Source of the DNA: Octopus sinensis
Taxonomy: Eukaryota
Length of the DNA stretch: 17,297 nucleotides
Direction of reading: 5' to 3'
NCBI RefSeq assembly: GCF_006345805.1
Contig: NW_021824868.1
Span: 1-17,297 of the forward strand
Shown here: positions 1 through 9,080 of the stretch, one piece after another
Layout: each line of letters starts with the position of its first letter
How positions within the stretch are numbered: position 1 is the stretch's first letter
Position numbers and translations under genes: made by a program
The notes under the pieces: model-generated
What the model saw: the letters and a program-made list of their open reading frames with translations, nothing else
The model's database searches: none
Told to the model about the DNA's origin: nothing

Positions 1-10
1 AGACCCCTTC

Positions 11-12
<2 letters not shown>

Positions 13-45
<33 letters not shown>
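13..45. repeat. (AT)n microsatellite
   Basis: Pure AT dinucleotide run. Confidence 0.95.
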
Positions 46-47
<2 letters not shown>

Positions 48-181
48 ACCACTCCGATTTCAATAACTACTCTACCGATAACTGTCATGGTACCGCCTAT
101 GTATGTATGGGTGTGTGAGTGTGTGTGTGTGAATTTGTACTAAATTACTCATCAAGCATTGGCTTGTTCATTTTGGTATTT

Positions 182-725
182 AATCATCAACTTCCAACAA
201 AAGCATTTTCTTGATAATCCACCGACTTTCAACGAAGTAAGAATCCCATAAAGCAATCTTAAAACTGGAAAAGCTGACGTTGATCCTACTTATGAAACAC
301 ACTTAAATTATTGGGATTTAGCTTCTAGAACTTCTAGAACATCTACACAATCTTGTACATAATTTGTGGAAAAATTTGCTTTATTGACGATATTTTTGAA
401 TGAAAAATATTGCAAAGACCTATCCTGTAATTCTCGAGTCATTTCTTTTCTTGCTGTTATTGGCAAAATATTGAGCAGAATTGTTCTTGATGGGTTCATT
501 CAACACGTTAGAATATCTCTTCTAAGTTTTCACGCTAGACGAGGAACCGATAACATGATATTTTCCGCTCATTAAATACAAGAGGAATGTATTGCGCAGA
601 GATTTGCTTGATTGATTTCACTAAAGCCTTTGATTCGCCGAACTGGAATGCGTTATGGGTAGTTGTCAGAATAGTTTGTTGCCCAGATAAATTCACAAAT
701 ATTATCAAGTCTTTTCATGATGATA
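182..725 (+). mobile_element. Decayed RTE-clade LINE reverse transcriptase fragment
   Basis: Translations across stops and frameshifts: LDNPPTFNEV..LKTGKA, RVISFLAVIGKILSRIVL, FHARRGTDNMIFSA, IDFTKAFDS..NALW..CPDKFTNIIKSFHD. These match RTE RT motifs (YRGISLL..GKILARI, GFR..RGT.DMIF, FIDLTKAFD, GCP.KF..II.SFH). Confidence 0.85.
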
Positions 726-935
726 TACATATACAAAAAGTACAAGTATATGTACATATATATATATGTACGTATGTTTATATGTACAGATCTAAATAAT
801 ATGGATCTTCGTGGTTTTCGTCACGTTTACAATATTGTTCCGATTGTTTTCAAATTTGGTATATGGGATTAAGCTTTGTATCCTTTTAAAGGCTTAAGTT
901 TTAAGGCATTAAAATTTGCAAAATTTGGGTATTTT

Positions 936-1101
936 AGCCAATCAGAAGCGAGTATTTTACACATCACCGTGGTGAAGAACTCTGTTTCATAGTAACCAAG
1001 GCAAAGAAGTAACACGTGTTGCATAGCTGATTGCGAAGAACTCTGTCTCCATAGTGACCAAAGATGCTGCGCATGCGCACAAAGAGTGTAATCATCACGT
1101 G
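936..1101. promoter_or_regulatory. Dense cluster of transcription-factor-like motifs (CCAAT, two X-box-like, two CACGTG, NRF1-like palindrome)
   Basis: AGCCAATCAG 936-945; GTTTCATAGTAAC 984-996; AACACGTGTT 1011-1020; GTCTCCATAGTGAC 1045-1058; TGCGCATGCGCA 1068-1079; CACGTG 1096-1101. Function is inferred only. Confidence 0.35.
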
Positions 1102-1644
1102 TTCTATAATTGCTTATTTTCATAACAGAAGAAATTCGATTCTAGAACGATGGCCACAGATTTAAGCCTTTCCTGTGTGGAGAAGGAGATACGAGAAAGA
1201 TAATTTATTTTATAAATTCCTAGAGTGTATTTTTTACTAATGAATGTCTGTTTTAAACAATGTTTTGATTGTTATTTCTAGCAACTCCTGTTGGTTTGTT
1301 CGTAGCTTTTAGATATTTAATTTGCTCGCGAACGCTTTCATGTTTTCACTATTTACTGTTCCTAGTTTAATGTTTTGATATGCTGATACCCACCACCCCG
1401 CTCACTGATGATGGAAGAGGCAGCGAACGCGCTGTTTTCTGATTGGCTGAAAATTATGAAAATTATAAAAGTTATATCAAACTTTGAATACATGTAACAT
1501 TTTTGTAATTTTTTCTGGGATAAATGAATAAAAAATTCGGATTCAATATCAAAAATTATATCTATATGATACATTAAAAAATTTTTTAAAGATAACTGTA
1601 AACTGTGACGAAAACCACAAAGGTTCAAGATAGATAGATAGATA

Positions 1645-2008
1645 AGTTTCTTTATTGGCCACACAGGGCTGCACACAGATGGGACAAGTTACAAGGTAGA
1701 GCTTTTCTTTTGGGGGATGAAGAGAACAAAAAACAAAAGAAAAAAAAAGGGGTGGCGTAGGTTTTCGATCAAGAGGGATCGTAAAAGGGAAGAAAAGAAC
1801 AAAAAAAAAGAATAAAAAGAAAAAAAAGAAAAGGAAAAGGAACAAAAGGAAAGAGAAATGAAAAAAGAAGAAAAAAGGGGGAAAAAAGGGGAAGAGGAAA
1901 AAAAGAACGATCAATAGGGATCGTGTATCACAGTGTTATGATATATGGTGTAAAGGGGAAAGCAAGTAAGGTTTATCCGTGGGAAGAAAAGCCTACGAAA
2001 AAGACCAA
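1645..2008 (-). mobile_element. 3' UTR/terminus of a LINE-like retroelement, 5'-truncated, embedded in (GATA)n
   Basis: Minus strand: pyrimidine-rich UTR ending ...TTGTCCCATCTGTGTGCAGCCCTGTGTGGCCAATAAAGAAACTT, then a (TATC)n tail. (GATA)n on both sides. No coding part present. Confidence 0.6.
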
Positions 2009-2018
2009 GATAGATAGG

Positions 2019-2061
<43 letters not shown>

Positions 2062-2226
2062 GTAGGTAGGTAGGTAGGTAGGTAGATAGATAGATAGATA
2101 GATATAGATAGATAGATAGATAGATATATAGATAGATAGATATATGGATGGATAGATAGATAGATGAGATAGATAGATAGATAGATAGGATAGATAGATA
2201 GATAGATAGGTATGGTAGATAGATAT

Positions 2227-2305
<79 letters not shown>
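2009..2305. repeat. Compound (GATA)n/(GGTA)n microsatellite
   Basis: About 300 bp of GATA with GGTA and other interruptions. Confidence 0.95.
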
Positions 2306-2306
<1 letters not shown>

Positions 2307-2744
2307 GGGGAGGGCGGGAGGGAGGGGGAGGTAAGTAGGTATGTAGGTTATGTATATGTACTTAATGATGAGCTGGCTTCTAATAAGACTGACCCCATCT
2401 TCGTTTCAAAGATATATCATCGGTAGGGGTGGATATTTCTGGTGATCACTCCCGCTGAAGACTGCAAATAGTCAAGGATTTAAAAGATTGAAAGGAACAA
2501 CTTAGATTTGCAGATGCTGGAAGCAAAATCAACGAGAAAATAATATCAGGACAAGACTGGTGGTGCCTTCGCTCACATGCATGCCTCAGAAACCACAACA
2601 GATACTGCTCTTCTAACAAGACCGAAGCAAGGCTTTCCACCCTAGATCAATGTTCTCATATATATACTACACAGGTTGATATATATATATGCAAACACAC
2701 ACACACACACATATGTGTGTGTGTGTGTGTGTGTGTATACATGT

Positions 2745-3445
2745 ATATTCACTACCACATCTGTTTGTGTTCGGACTGTCTTTGCACGGGAGCCTTCTGG
2801 ACTCCCACCTTCACCGTGAACAGGAATTTATCTTCTCTCTTCGCTGCTTTGCGTCATATGGGCTCAACTCTCCTCCTCTCTTCATCTGACTCCCCCTCCT
2901 CATTTGACTCCTCTCTTCTCTTCATTGATACCACCCCACCACTACACACACACACCACACATTCACCCACAGCACCACACCACAGCACGTCACACGTTAG
3001 CACTGACCACTTCCCACCGCCCACACCACACACCATCATCCACACACCCACACAAAATCTTCAATTACATCACCACACATGAGCAGCCACAAGTTACAGA
3101 CGTACTCATTTACACACGCACACACCCACACACGTCAAAGTCACTAGCCGTACTCACATACACACACGCCATTCTCACATACCCATACGCACGCGCACCT
3201 TCATGTGGGATCACCATCACTTTATTATCTCCTTTTCTTCCGACCTCTTCTTTCAAACTTTTTTCTAATCAGTCGCCATGCTGGACCGCTAAATCTACAG
3301 GTTTATTTTCTCTCATTCCTTTCTGTTGAAGTGCGTAGGCTCGAAATGTAAAGGACTTTTCATTTTCCCGAGCGTCAAACTAATACATCTGCTTGTTGTT
3401 CATACACCTGTTTTCGTCTTTTGTTTTTCCATAAATTTCAACTGT
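2745..3445 (+). mobile_element. 5'-truncated Penelope-like element: GIY-YIG C-terminus, low-complexity 3' UTR and pLTR
   Basis: ORF 2689..2889 ends HLFVFGLSLHGSLLDSHLHREQEFIFSLRCFASYGLNSPPLFI*, matching the PLE endonuclease C-terminal pattern (V.GL...R..REQ..IF.L....P.GLN). A hammerhead-like remnant follows at 3317-3355. Both ends are flanked by microsatellites. Confidence 0.75.
3317..3355 (+). ncRNA. Degenerate minimal hammerhead ribozyme (PLE-associated)
   Basis: TCCTTT-CTGTTGA-A-GTGC gtag GCTC-GAAA-TG-T-A-AAGGA. Core has an A6 change, stem II has one mismatch, and stem III ATGT looks like CpG-decayed ACGT. Probably inactive. Confidence 0.5.
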
Positions 3446-3449
3446 ATAT

Positions 3450-3516
<67 letters not shown>

Positions 3517-3577
3517 CATACATATATATATATTCATATATATATATATATATTATATATATATATATATATATTAT

Positions 3578-3612
<35 letters not shown>

Positions 3613-3615
3613 CAT
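3446..3615. repeat. Imperfect (TA)n microsatellite
   Basis: Direct reading. Confidence 0.95.
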
Positions 3616-4026
3616 GATATCATATCATAGCATATGATTTTCTATGATATGTATATATCAAGAAATTTCGTAGATATGAATACGCCTTTTAAATATTCAA
3701 CTTACAACCAGTCAAGGACACACGAACTAAATTAATAGTGAATCTTCGACACCCGAGAGAATATATGTCTAGTAGACTCATAAATGTTGTATTACTTTCA
3801 GTCGTCTTGAGTGACGTATGTCTGTAGACAAACCTAATTTCAAGATTCTGCATTACATTAAACTGGGAAGAAGCGTTTATGTGATAGCTGCTTTAAGAGA
3901 TGCGGATCTTCTGCTGAACTAAACAGTTGCTGCTCGTTATTACTGAGCCAACTTATATAACTTATATCTGCATGAACGAATGGATAGTTGGATGGATACA
4001 TGTATGCATATATGCTGGTATGAATG

Positions 4027-4087
4027 CAGGCATGAGCGACTGAATAATGAGTTCGCATTGCAATAGTGAGATCACGAGTTGAACCCA
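4027..4087 (+). mobile_element. Possible highly decayed tRNA-derived SINE head, interrupted by the younger SINE
   Basis: GCAGGCATG...AGTTCGCATTGCAA...GAGTTGAACCCA has tRNA-head-like spacing with a B-box-like end. The match is weak. Confidence 0.3.
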
Positions 4088-4090
4088 TAC

Positions 4091-4321
4091 CTATTTCTTT
4101 ATTACCCACAAGGGGCTAAACACAGAGGGGACAAACAAGGACAGATATAGGTATTAAGTTGATTACATCGACCCCAGTGCGTAACTGGTACTTAATTTAT
4201 CGACCCCGAAAGGATGAAAGGCAAAGTCGACCTCGGCGGAATTTGAACTCACAACGTAACGCAGACGAAATACCGCTAAGCATTTCGCCCGGCGTGCTAA
4301 CGTTTCTGCCAGCTCGCCGCC
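4091..4321 (-). mobile_element. Full-length tRNA-derived SINE (231 bp) with 12-bp target-site duplication
   Basis: Minus strand starts GGCGGCGAGCTGGCAGAAACG (A-box-like) and has B box GAGTTCAAATTCC. Central GCCTTTCATCCTTTCGGGGTCGATAAATTAAGTACC resembles the Meta-domain of MetaSINEs (from memory). It ends AATAAAGAAATAG. TSD TTGAACCCATAC at 4079-4090 and 4322-4333. Confidence 0.9.
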
Positions 4322-4621
4322 TTGAACCCATACAATTTAAATAAAGTTTTTTTTATCACGATAGTTCAGTTCTACACAAGCCTCGTGAATGATATCGAGT
4401 AAAGAGGAACAATGTGGACATATGCTGGGTGGATTCAAAAAGCCAAGACTTGTCATATTGTGTTGGGCTGGTTGTGACTAAAGGATAACGCAATGTGTTT
4501 ACTTGTCTATGGAATATTCAGCCACTTTTCTCTGAAATTTAAGATGTAGAGAGTTCGGTTGATCGAACTGAAATACTCATCTTAGAAACTGACGGAGGGT
4601 ACATTTATGTATGTATGTGAG

Positions 4622-4696
<75 letters not shown>

Positions 4697-4779
4697 CAAT
4701 TGCAGCGTGGAAGGTGTTTATATAAGCCATTTAAGAAACACACAAAAGCCGTTCGATTCACTTCAACATTTAAGTTTAA

Positions 4780-4829
4780 TTTGTCAAAATATTTTCGTCG
4801 CTAAAATCCGCGACCTGTTCACTGACAAA
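4780..4829 (-). ncRNA. Inverted second copy of the G3:C8 hammerhead
   Basis: Exact reverse complement of 5146-5195. Confidence 0.7.
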
Positions 4830-5145
4830 AATCCGTGTGTGTTTCTTAAATGGCTTATAAACACCTTCCACGCTGCAATTGTTTTCGTTTCAGCACACGA
4901 TCTCAGATTAAATTACTTGCTATGCGAGTACATCTCCGTAATTCTGAAACCTTGAGCCAGGCTACCAAAACTCTGAGGACAGCCATTACTTGTTGCTTGA
5001 GAAGAATAACACCTAAGCAACAGCTTCATTCCATTAGACACTGCATCTCACTGAAGGTTTACCCGAAAAGGATTTACAATACAGTCGAAGCACTGAACCT
5101 AAAGAAGGGACAAGCGTCGAGACTAAAAAGAATGCAGCACGGATT

Positions 5146-5195
5146 TTTGTCAGTGAACAGGTCGCGGATTTTAGCGACGAAAATATTTTGACAAA
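5146..5195 (+). ncRNA. Minimal type I hammerhead ribozyme, G3:C8 core variant
   Basis: Stem I TTTGTCA/TGACAAA (7 bp); core GTGAACA; extra G; stem II GTCGC/GCGAC; GAAA; stem III palindrome AATATT; cleavage triplet UUU with H17 at 5188. Confidence 0.7.
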
Positions 5196-5337
5196 TTAAA
5201 CTTAAATGTTGAAGTGAATCGAACGGCTTTTGTGTGTTTCTTAAATGGCTTATAAACACCTTCCACGCTGCAATTGCTTTCGTTTCAGCACACGATCTCA
5301 GATCAAATTACTTGCTATGCGAGTACATCTCCGTAAT

Positions 5338-5342
5338 ATAAT

Positions 5343-5376
<34 letters not shown>

Positions 5377-5393
5377 ATATATATATATATTAT

Positions 5394-5441
<48 letters not shown>

Positions 5442-5599
5442 TAGATAGATAGAATAGATAGATGAGATAGATAGATAGATAGATAGAGAATAGATAGATA
5501 GATAGATAGATAGATGATAGATAGATAGATATGTATATGTGTGTGCTTGCGCGTATATATATATACATACATACATATATACATACATACATGCATGCA

Positions 5600-5635
<36 letters not shown>

Positions 5636-5671
5636 TATACATATACTTATGTATGCTTGTACATACATACA

Positions 5672-5703
<32 letters not shown>

Positions 5704-6257
5704 CATATACATATACTTATGTGTGTATTTATGTGTGCTTGTATAGCTATATATATATATGTACGTATATATGCATGTATACATGTGTATGTGTATCGCG
5801 TTGTGATTTAACTATAATTATTAGATGATAGAATAGTAAAAGGATATTATGTGAATGCATGTGTGTGTATGTGCGTGCGTGCGTGTGTGCGTGTGTGTGT
5901 GTGTGTGTGATAAAATTGGCTTAAGAATCAATAAAAGGATTTTTGCTTCCATTTCACCTTATCACTGTAATTTGTCTTCAATTTGCCGCGGAATTATCTC
6001 TGCCAGAGCTATTGCTGTATTGTAGGAGGCGTCGTGGACATGTATATGTGAGTAGTTCTCTGTGTTGTAAGGAATGCGTGTGTGTTGTGTGTGTGTGCGT
6101 GTGCATGTGTGTATGTTGTGTGTGTGTGTGCGCGTGTGCGTGTGTGTGTGTGCGTGTGTGTGTGTGAGTGTGTGTATGTTGTGTGTGTGTGTGCTGCGTT
6201 GTGAGTGTGTGCGTGTGTATGTATGTGTGTGTGCATGTGTGTGTTTGTGTGTCTGTT

Positions 6258-6294
<37 letters not shown>

Positions 6295-6354
6295 CAGCAA
6301 ATGGGAGACAATAAAACTGTGTACATATCTGTTTATGTTATGGACATATGTATG

Positions 6355-6394
<40 letters not shown>

Positions 6395-6500
6395 GCGCGT
6401 ATGTGCATTTATGATAGTGTCTATATACAAATCCTGTATATGTGTATATGTGTGTGTATGTATTTATATATGTATATACATATATATGGATGGATGCACG
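5338..6500. repeat. Block of (TA)n, (GATA)n, (CATA)n and (TG)n microsatellites with short unique spacers
   Basis: Direct reading. The ORFs annotated here are repeat translations. Confidence 0.9.
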
Positions 6501-7380
6501 TGTGTGTGCAAACTATTGAAGACCATTTCTTTGTGTACTATTACGTATTTCAGTAAATGTGTTGTTAATACACATAGGTGTATGTAGCTACATATGTGTG
6601 TGCGTGCATATATGAAGATTAATGATGTCAGAACACACGACTGTGTATACCTACACCTATATTTTGTGTGTGAGTATGTGTGTGTTTGTGTGTGTGTGAG
6701 TATATGTGTATGCCTGAGTGTGCATGCGTGCGTACGAGTTAGTATGTTCCATTACAACTAATGAAAATGTATTTTTGTCGAAGAAAATAAAATTACCAAA
6801 CACGCTTCTTTTTATTTTATTCGTAGTTTCTTGGTCTATTTTTTCTTTCCTTCTTTTTATTTGTTATATATTATTTTCATTTATTATTTTTTTTATATAT
6901 ATTTTCGAAAATACTTACTAATTGCCATTTTCAACAAGAAAAATACTAAATACTCTTTCCTTGGCTTTTTCCATTGACACTAGCAAGTGATAATTTAAAA
7001 AATACATAAAAGCTTCCCGTGTGGCATTCATTTTATTTATTTATTTCTGTTTCTTCAACTCCTATCTACTTAAACTGGTGTAAAAACCTCACAAACGAAC
7101 AAACAATTCCCTGAGTGCTTTGTATATTTGCTTCCTGACATTTGATGTATAGTCGGTCGAGATGCTTTGGCGGCGGTCATGTTTACCAAGTGTCTTTCTC
7201 TTTACATTCTTTAAATTATCAATACTTGTTTTAGATCACGCTAAGTTAGTCTGTTACTAACAGCTGGTGCAATTTCAAGGCATGTGTCAATGGAAGATAC
7301 TTTTGGCCAATACATCAGAAGTTTGTGCTGAAATTTTTTGCCGCAAGTTGTTCAGTCTCGTAATTTTCTTGAGCGATGAA

Positions 7381-7500
7381 GTTAGCCGAGTTAGAGCGGA
7401 GGACTAAAATCAGTATTTTGTTCAAATTCCAAAGGGATCAACTTCACCTTTCATCTCTCCAAATCGATAAAATAAATATCACTAATGTATTAGGGTCGAT
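7381..7500 (+). mobile_element. Old diverged copy of the 4091-4321 SINE family or a relative
   Basis: GTTCAAATTCC..GATCAACTT.ACCTTTCATC...TCGATAAAATAAATATCA...GGGTCGAT is colinear with GTTCAAATTCC..GGTCGACTTTGCCTTTCATC...TCGATAAATTAAGTACCA...GGGGTCGAT. Confidence 0.7.
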
Positions 7501-7599
7501 TTTATTGATAATATGCTATGACTATTATAAAACTTAGTTCTACAACTGGTCAGAGGAAATCGATATTGCAGTTTGCCTTCAATTTTGGTTTCTACTCTT

Positions 7600-7790
7600 C
7601 ATACATTTACGTGTTCCAGACATTGATCTGCAACTATGCAGAAACACCGCCTTGAAAGGGTTTACCCAATCCAACCGACCCCAGTACGTACTTATTTTTA
7701 AGTTTGGTACTTATTCTGTCGTGCTCTTTTTGACAAACTGCAAAGTCACGAGAATGCAAACAAATCAATGCTGGTTGTCAATCGGTGAGA
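7600..7790 (-). mobile_element. Decayed SINE body/3' part (second family)
   Basis: Minus strand shares TAAGTACCA and ACTGGGGTCG with the 4091-4321 SINE, followed by a different tail (..TTCAAGGCGGTG..). Resembles an abundant octopus SINE (from memory). Confidence 0.55.
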
Positions 7791-7837
7791 CATACAAACA
7801 GGAGAGATGCATGCCAACGCGTACAGACACACATATA

Positions 7838-7874
<37 letters not shown>

Positions 7875-7927
7875 CTATATATAATTGTATTCATATATAC
7901 ATATATATCATTTATGTACATAGATAC

Positions 7928-7971
<44 letters not shown>

Positions 7972-7973
7972 TT

Positions 7974-8165
7974 ATGGCTCAGTGGTTAGAGCGTCGAGCT
8001 TACGATCGTGAGGTAGGGAGTTTGATTCCCGGACCGTCTTACAAACAGGAAGGAGTCGTTGGATGAAGTAGTCTCGAATTCACTCTTTCTAAATGAAAAG
8101 GCAGGACGATCACTTCTGGAACACTTTTGATCAAAGGTCTAATCGATCAGATTGACTTCGATATA
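7974..8165 (+). mobile_element. tRNA-derived SINE head with probable internally deleted body
   Basis: A box TGGCTCAGTGG, D-arm end TTAGAGC, anticodon-loop-like CTTACGA and B-box-like GAGTTTGATTCCC. The anticodon stem does not pair and there is no acceptor stem, so this is a SINE head rather than a tRNA. Confidence 0.7.
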
Positions 8166-8946
8166 AGCGCTATAACAATATCGTTCTTATATCAAAAGCC
8201 AACGAGGAAACCGCTATGCAAATCATGAGTAAACGTTTTCGAGAAGCGAGTCACATGAGATATGGTTAATCGCCAGGCGAGTCGCAATACTAAAAGAAAA
8301 AAAATTAAATCTTCTTTAGGCGTGCCATTCAGAAAGTCCCACAGACCCCAATTTGCCCACTATTGATCTAGGTGTTCGCCTGACTCGCTAAAAGTAGCAG
8401 CCAAATTTTAAATCACTCCCAGTAATAGTCTAAATAAGATTCCTATTTTTTTTTTTTTTTACAAACTAATTTTGTTTCCTTAACATTACACCCACGCCAG
8501 CACAAAATAAACTAATTCTATTGCTGCTTTTGCAATCAGATCTTTTAATAGGGAAATACTAACGTGTTATTTTCATCCAGATAAACTGTTTGTGTTATTC
8601 TTTTGTTGCTCGGTTTCTCATGCGTCCCACTGCTTTGTAACTTTATTTTGCGTTTTTCCGTGTTTCTTTCCACAATAAACTTGAAACTCTCAATCAACTA
8701 CGAAAAATAACCAACTAGCACCACTCTCTCTCTCTCTCTCACACACACACACCACTCACTCTTTTACACACGAAGTAAAATGTAACTTAGCGAGAGCTCA
8801 TAGCATCCGTTGTAACTTATTACTTCTTTAGTTTAATATTCATTATTTAAACAGATTTAAAAATTGAAGTGTTATGATGAAATCAATAAATTACAATATT
8901 ATCTCACGTTGCACAAAAAAAGCAACAAAAGTCGCAATTATGTGAC

Positions 8947-9080
8947 AATTTAATCCAGTGGTATTAATCGTGTGCAAGTCGAATTTAATCCAGTGGTATT
9001 ATCGTGTGCAAGACCAGTTGCACACGATAATAACAGGAAAACCAGTTATGCATCGGTAAGACCAGTTATGCATCGGTAAG
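8947..9080. repeat. Local mosaic: 32/31-bp tandem duplication, 15-bp perfect hairpin and 20-bp tandem duplication
   Basis: 8947-8978 ~ 8982-9012; TATTATCGTGTGCAA (8997-9011) / TTGCACACGATAATA (9018-9032); ACCAGTTATGCATCGGTAAG x2 (9041-9080). Confidence 0.85.

Larger units (their letters stand above)
4697..5337 (+). mobile_element. Non-autonomous PLE-type mini-element: inverted partial terminal repeat plus direct terminal redundancy, carrying hammerheads
   Basis: 4697-4837 is the reverse complement of 5138-5276 (one 2-nt TA indel). 4836-4942 directly repeats 5231-5337 (107 bp, 2 mismatches, offset 395). (TA)n flanks both sides. Confidence 0.8.

Noticed and set aside
2410-2640. LINE endonuclease remnant (DISGDH motif)
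   Set aside because: It rests on a single short motif with no supporting flanking similarity.
4541-4586. Nested hairpin TAAGATG..AGTTCG/CGAACT-GAAA..CATCTTA as a hammerhead
   Set aside because: It has no CUGANGA-like core of the right length and no room for stem III.
5960-6040. Minus-strand exon encoding DASYNTAIALAEIIPRQIEDKLQ
   Set aside because: It is short and unrecognised, has weak splice signals and ends in stops.
5298-6587. Many 70-150 aa ORFs (MYVCMYV.., HTHTHT.., IYIYIY..)
   Set aside because: These are translations of di- and tetranucleotide microsatellites that lack stops. The same applies to the ORFs at 1549-1914, 3326-3637, 7652-8066, 9491-9972 and 11281-11657.
7974-8040. tRNA-Val(TAC) gene
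   Set aside because: The anticodon stem does not pair and there is no acceptor stem. It is better explained as a SINE head.
8947-9080. CRISPR-like array
   Set aside because: The context is eukaryotic, there are only two copies per unit, and there are no regular spacers.
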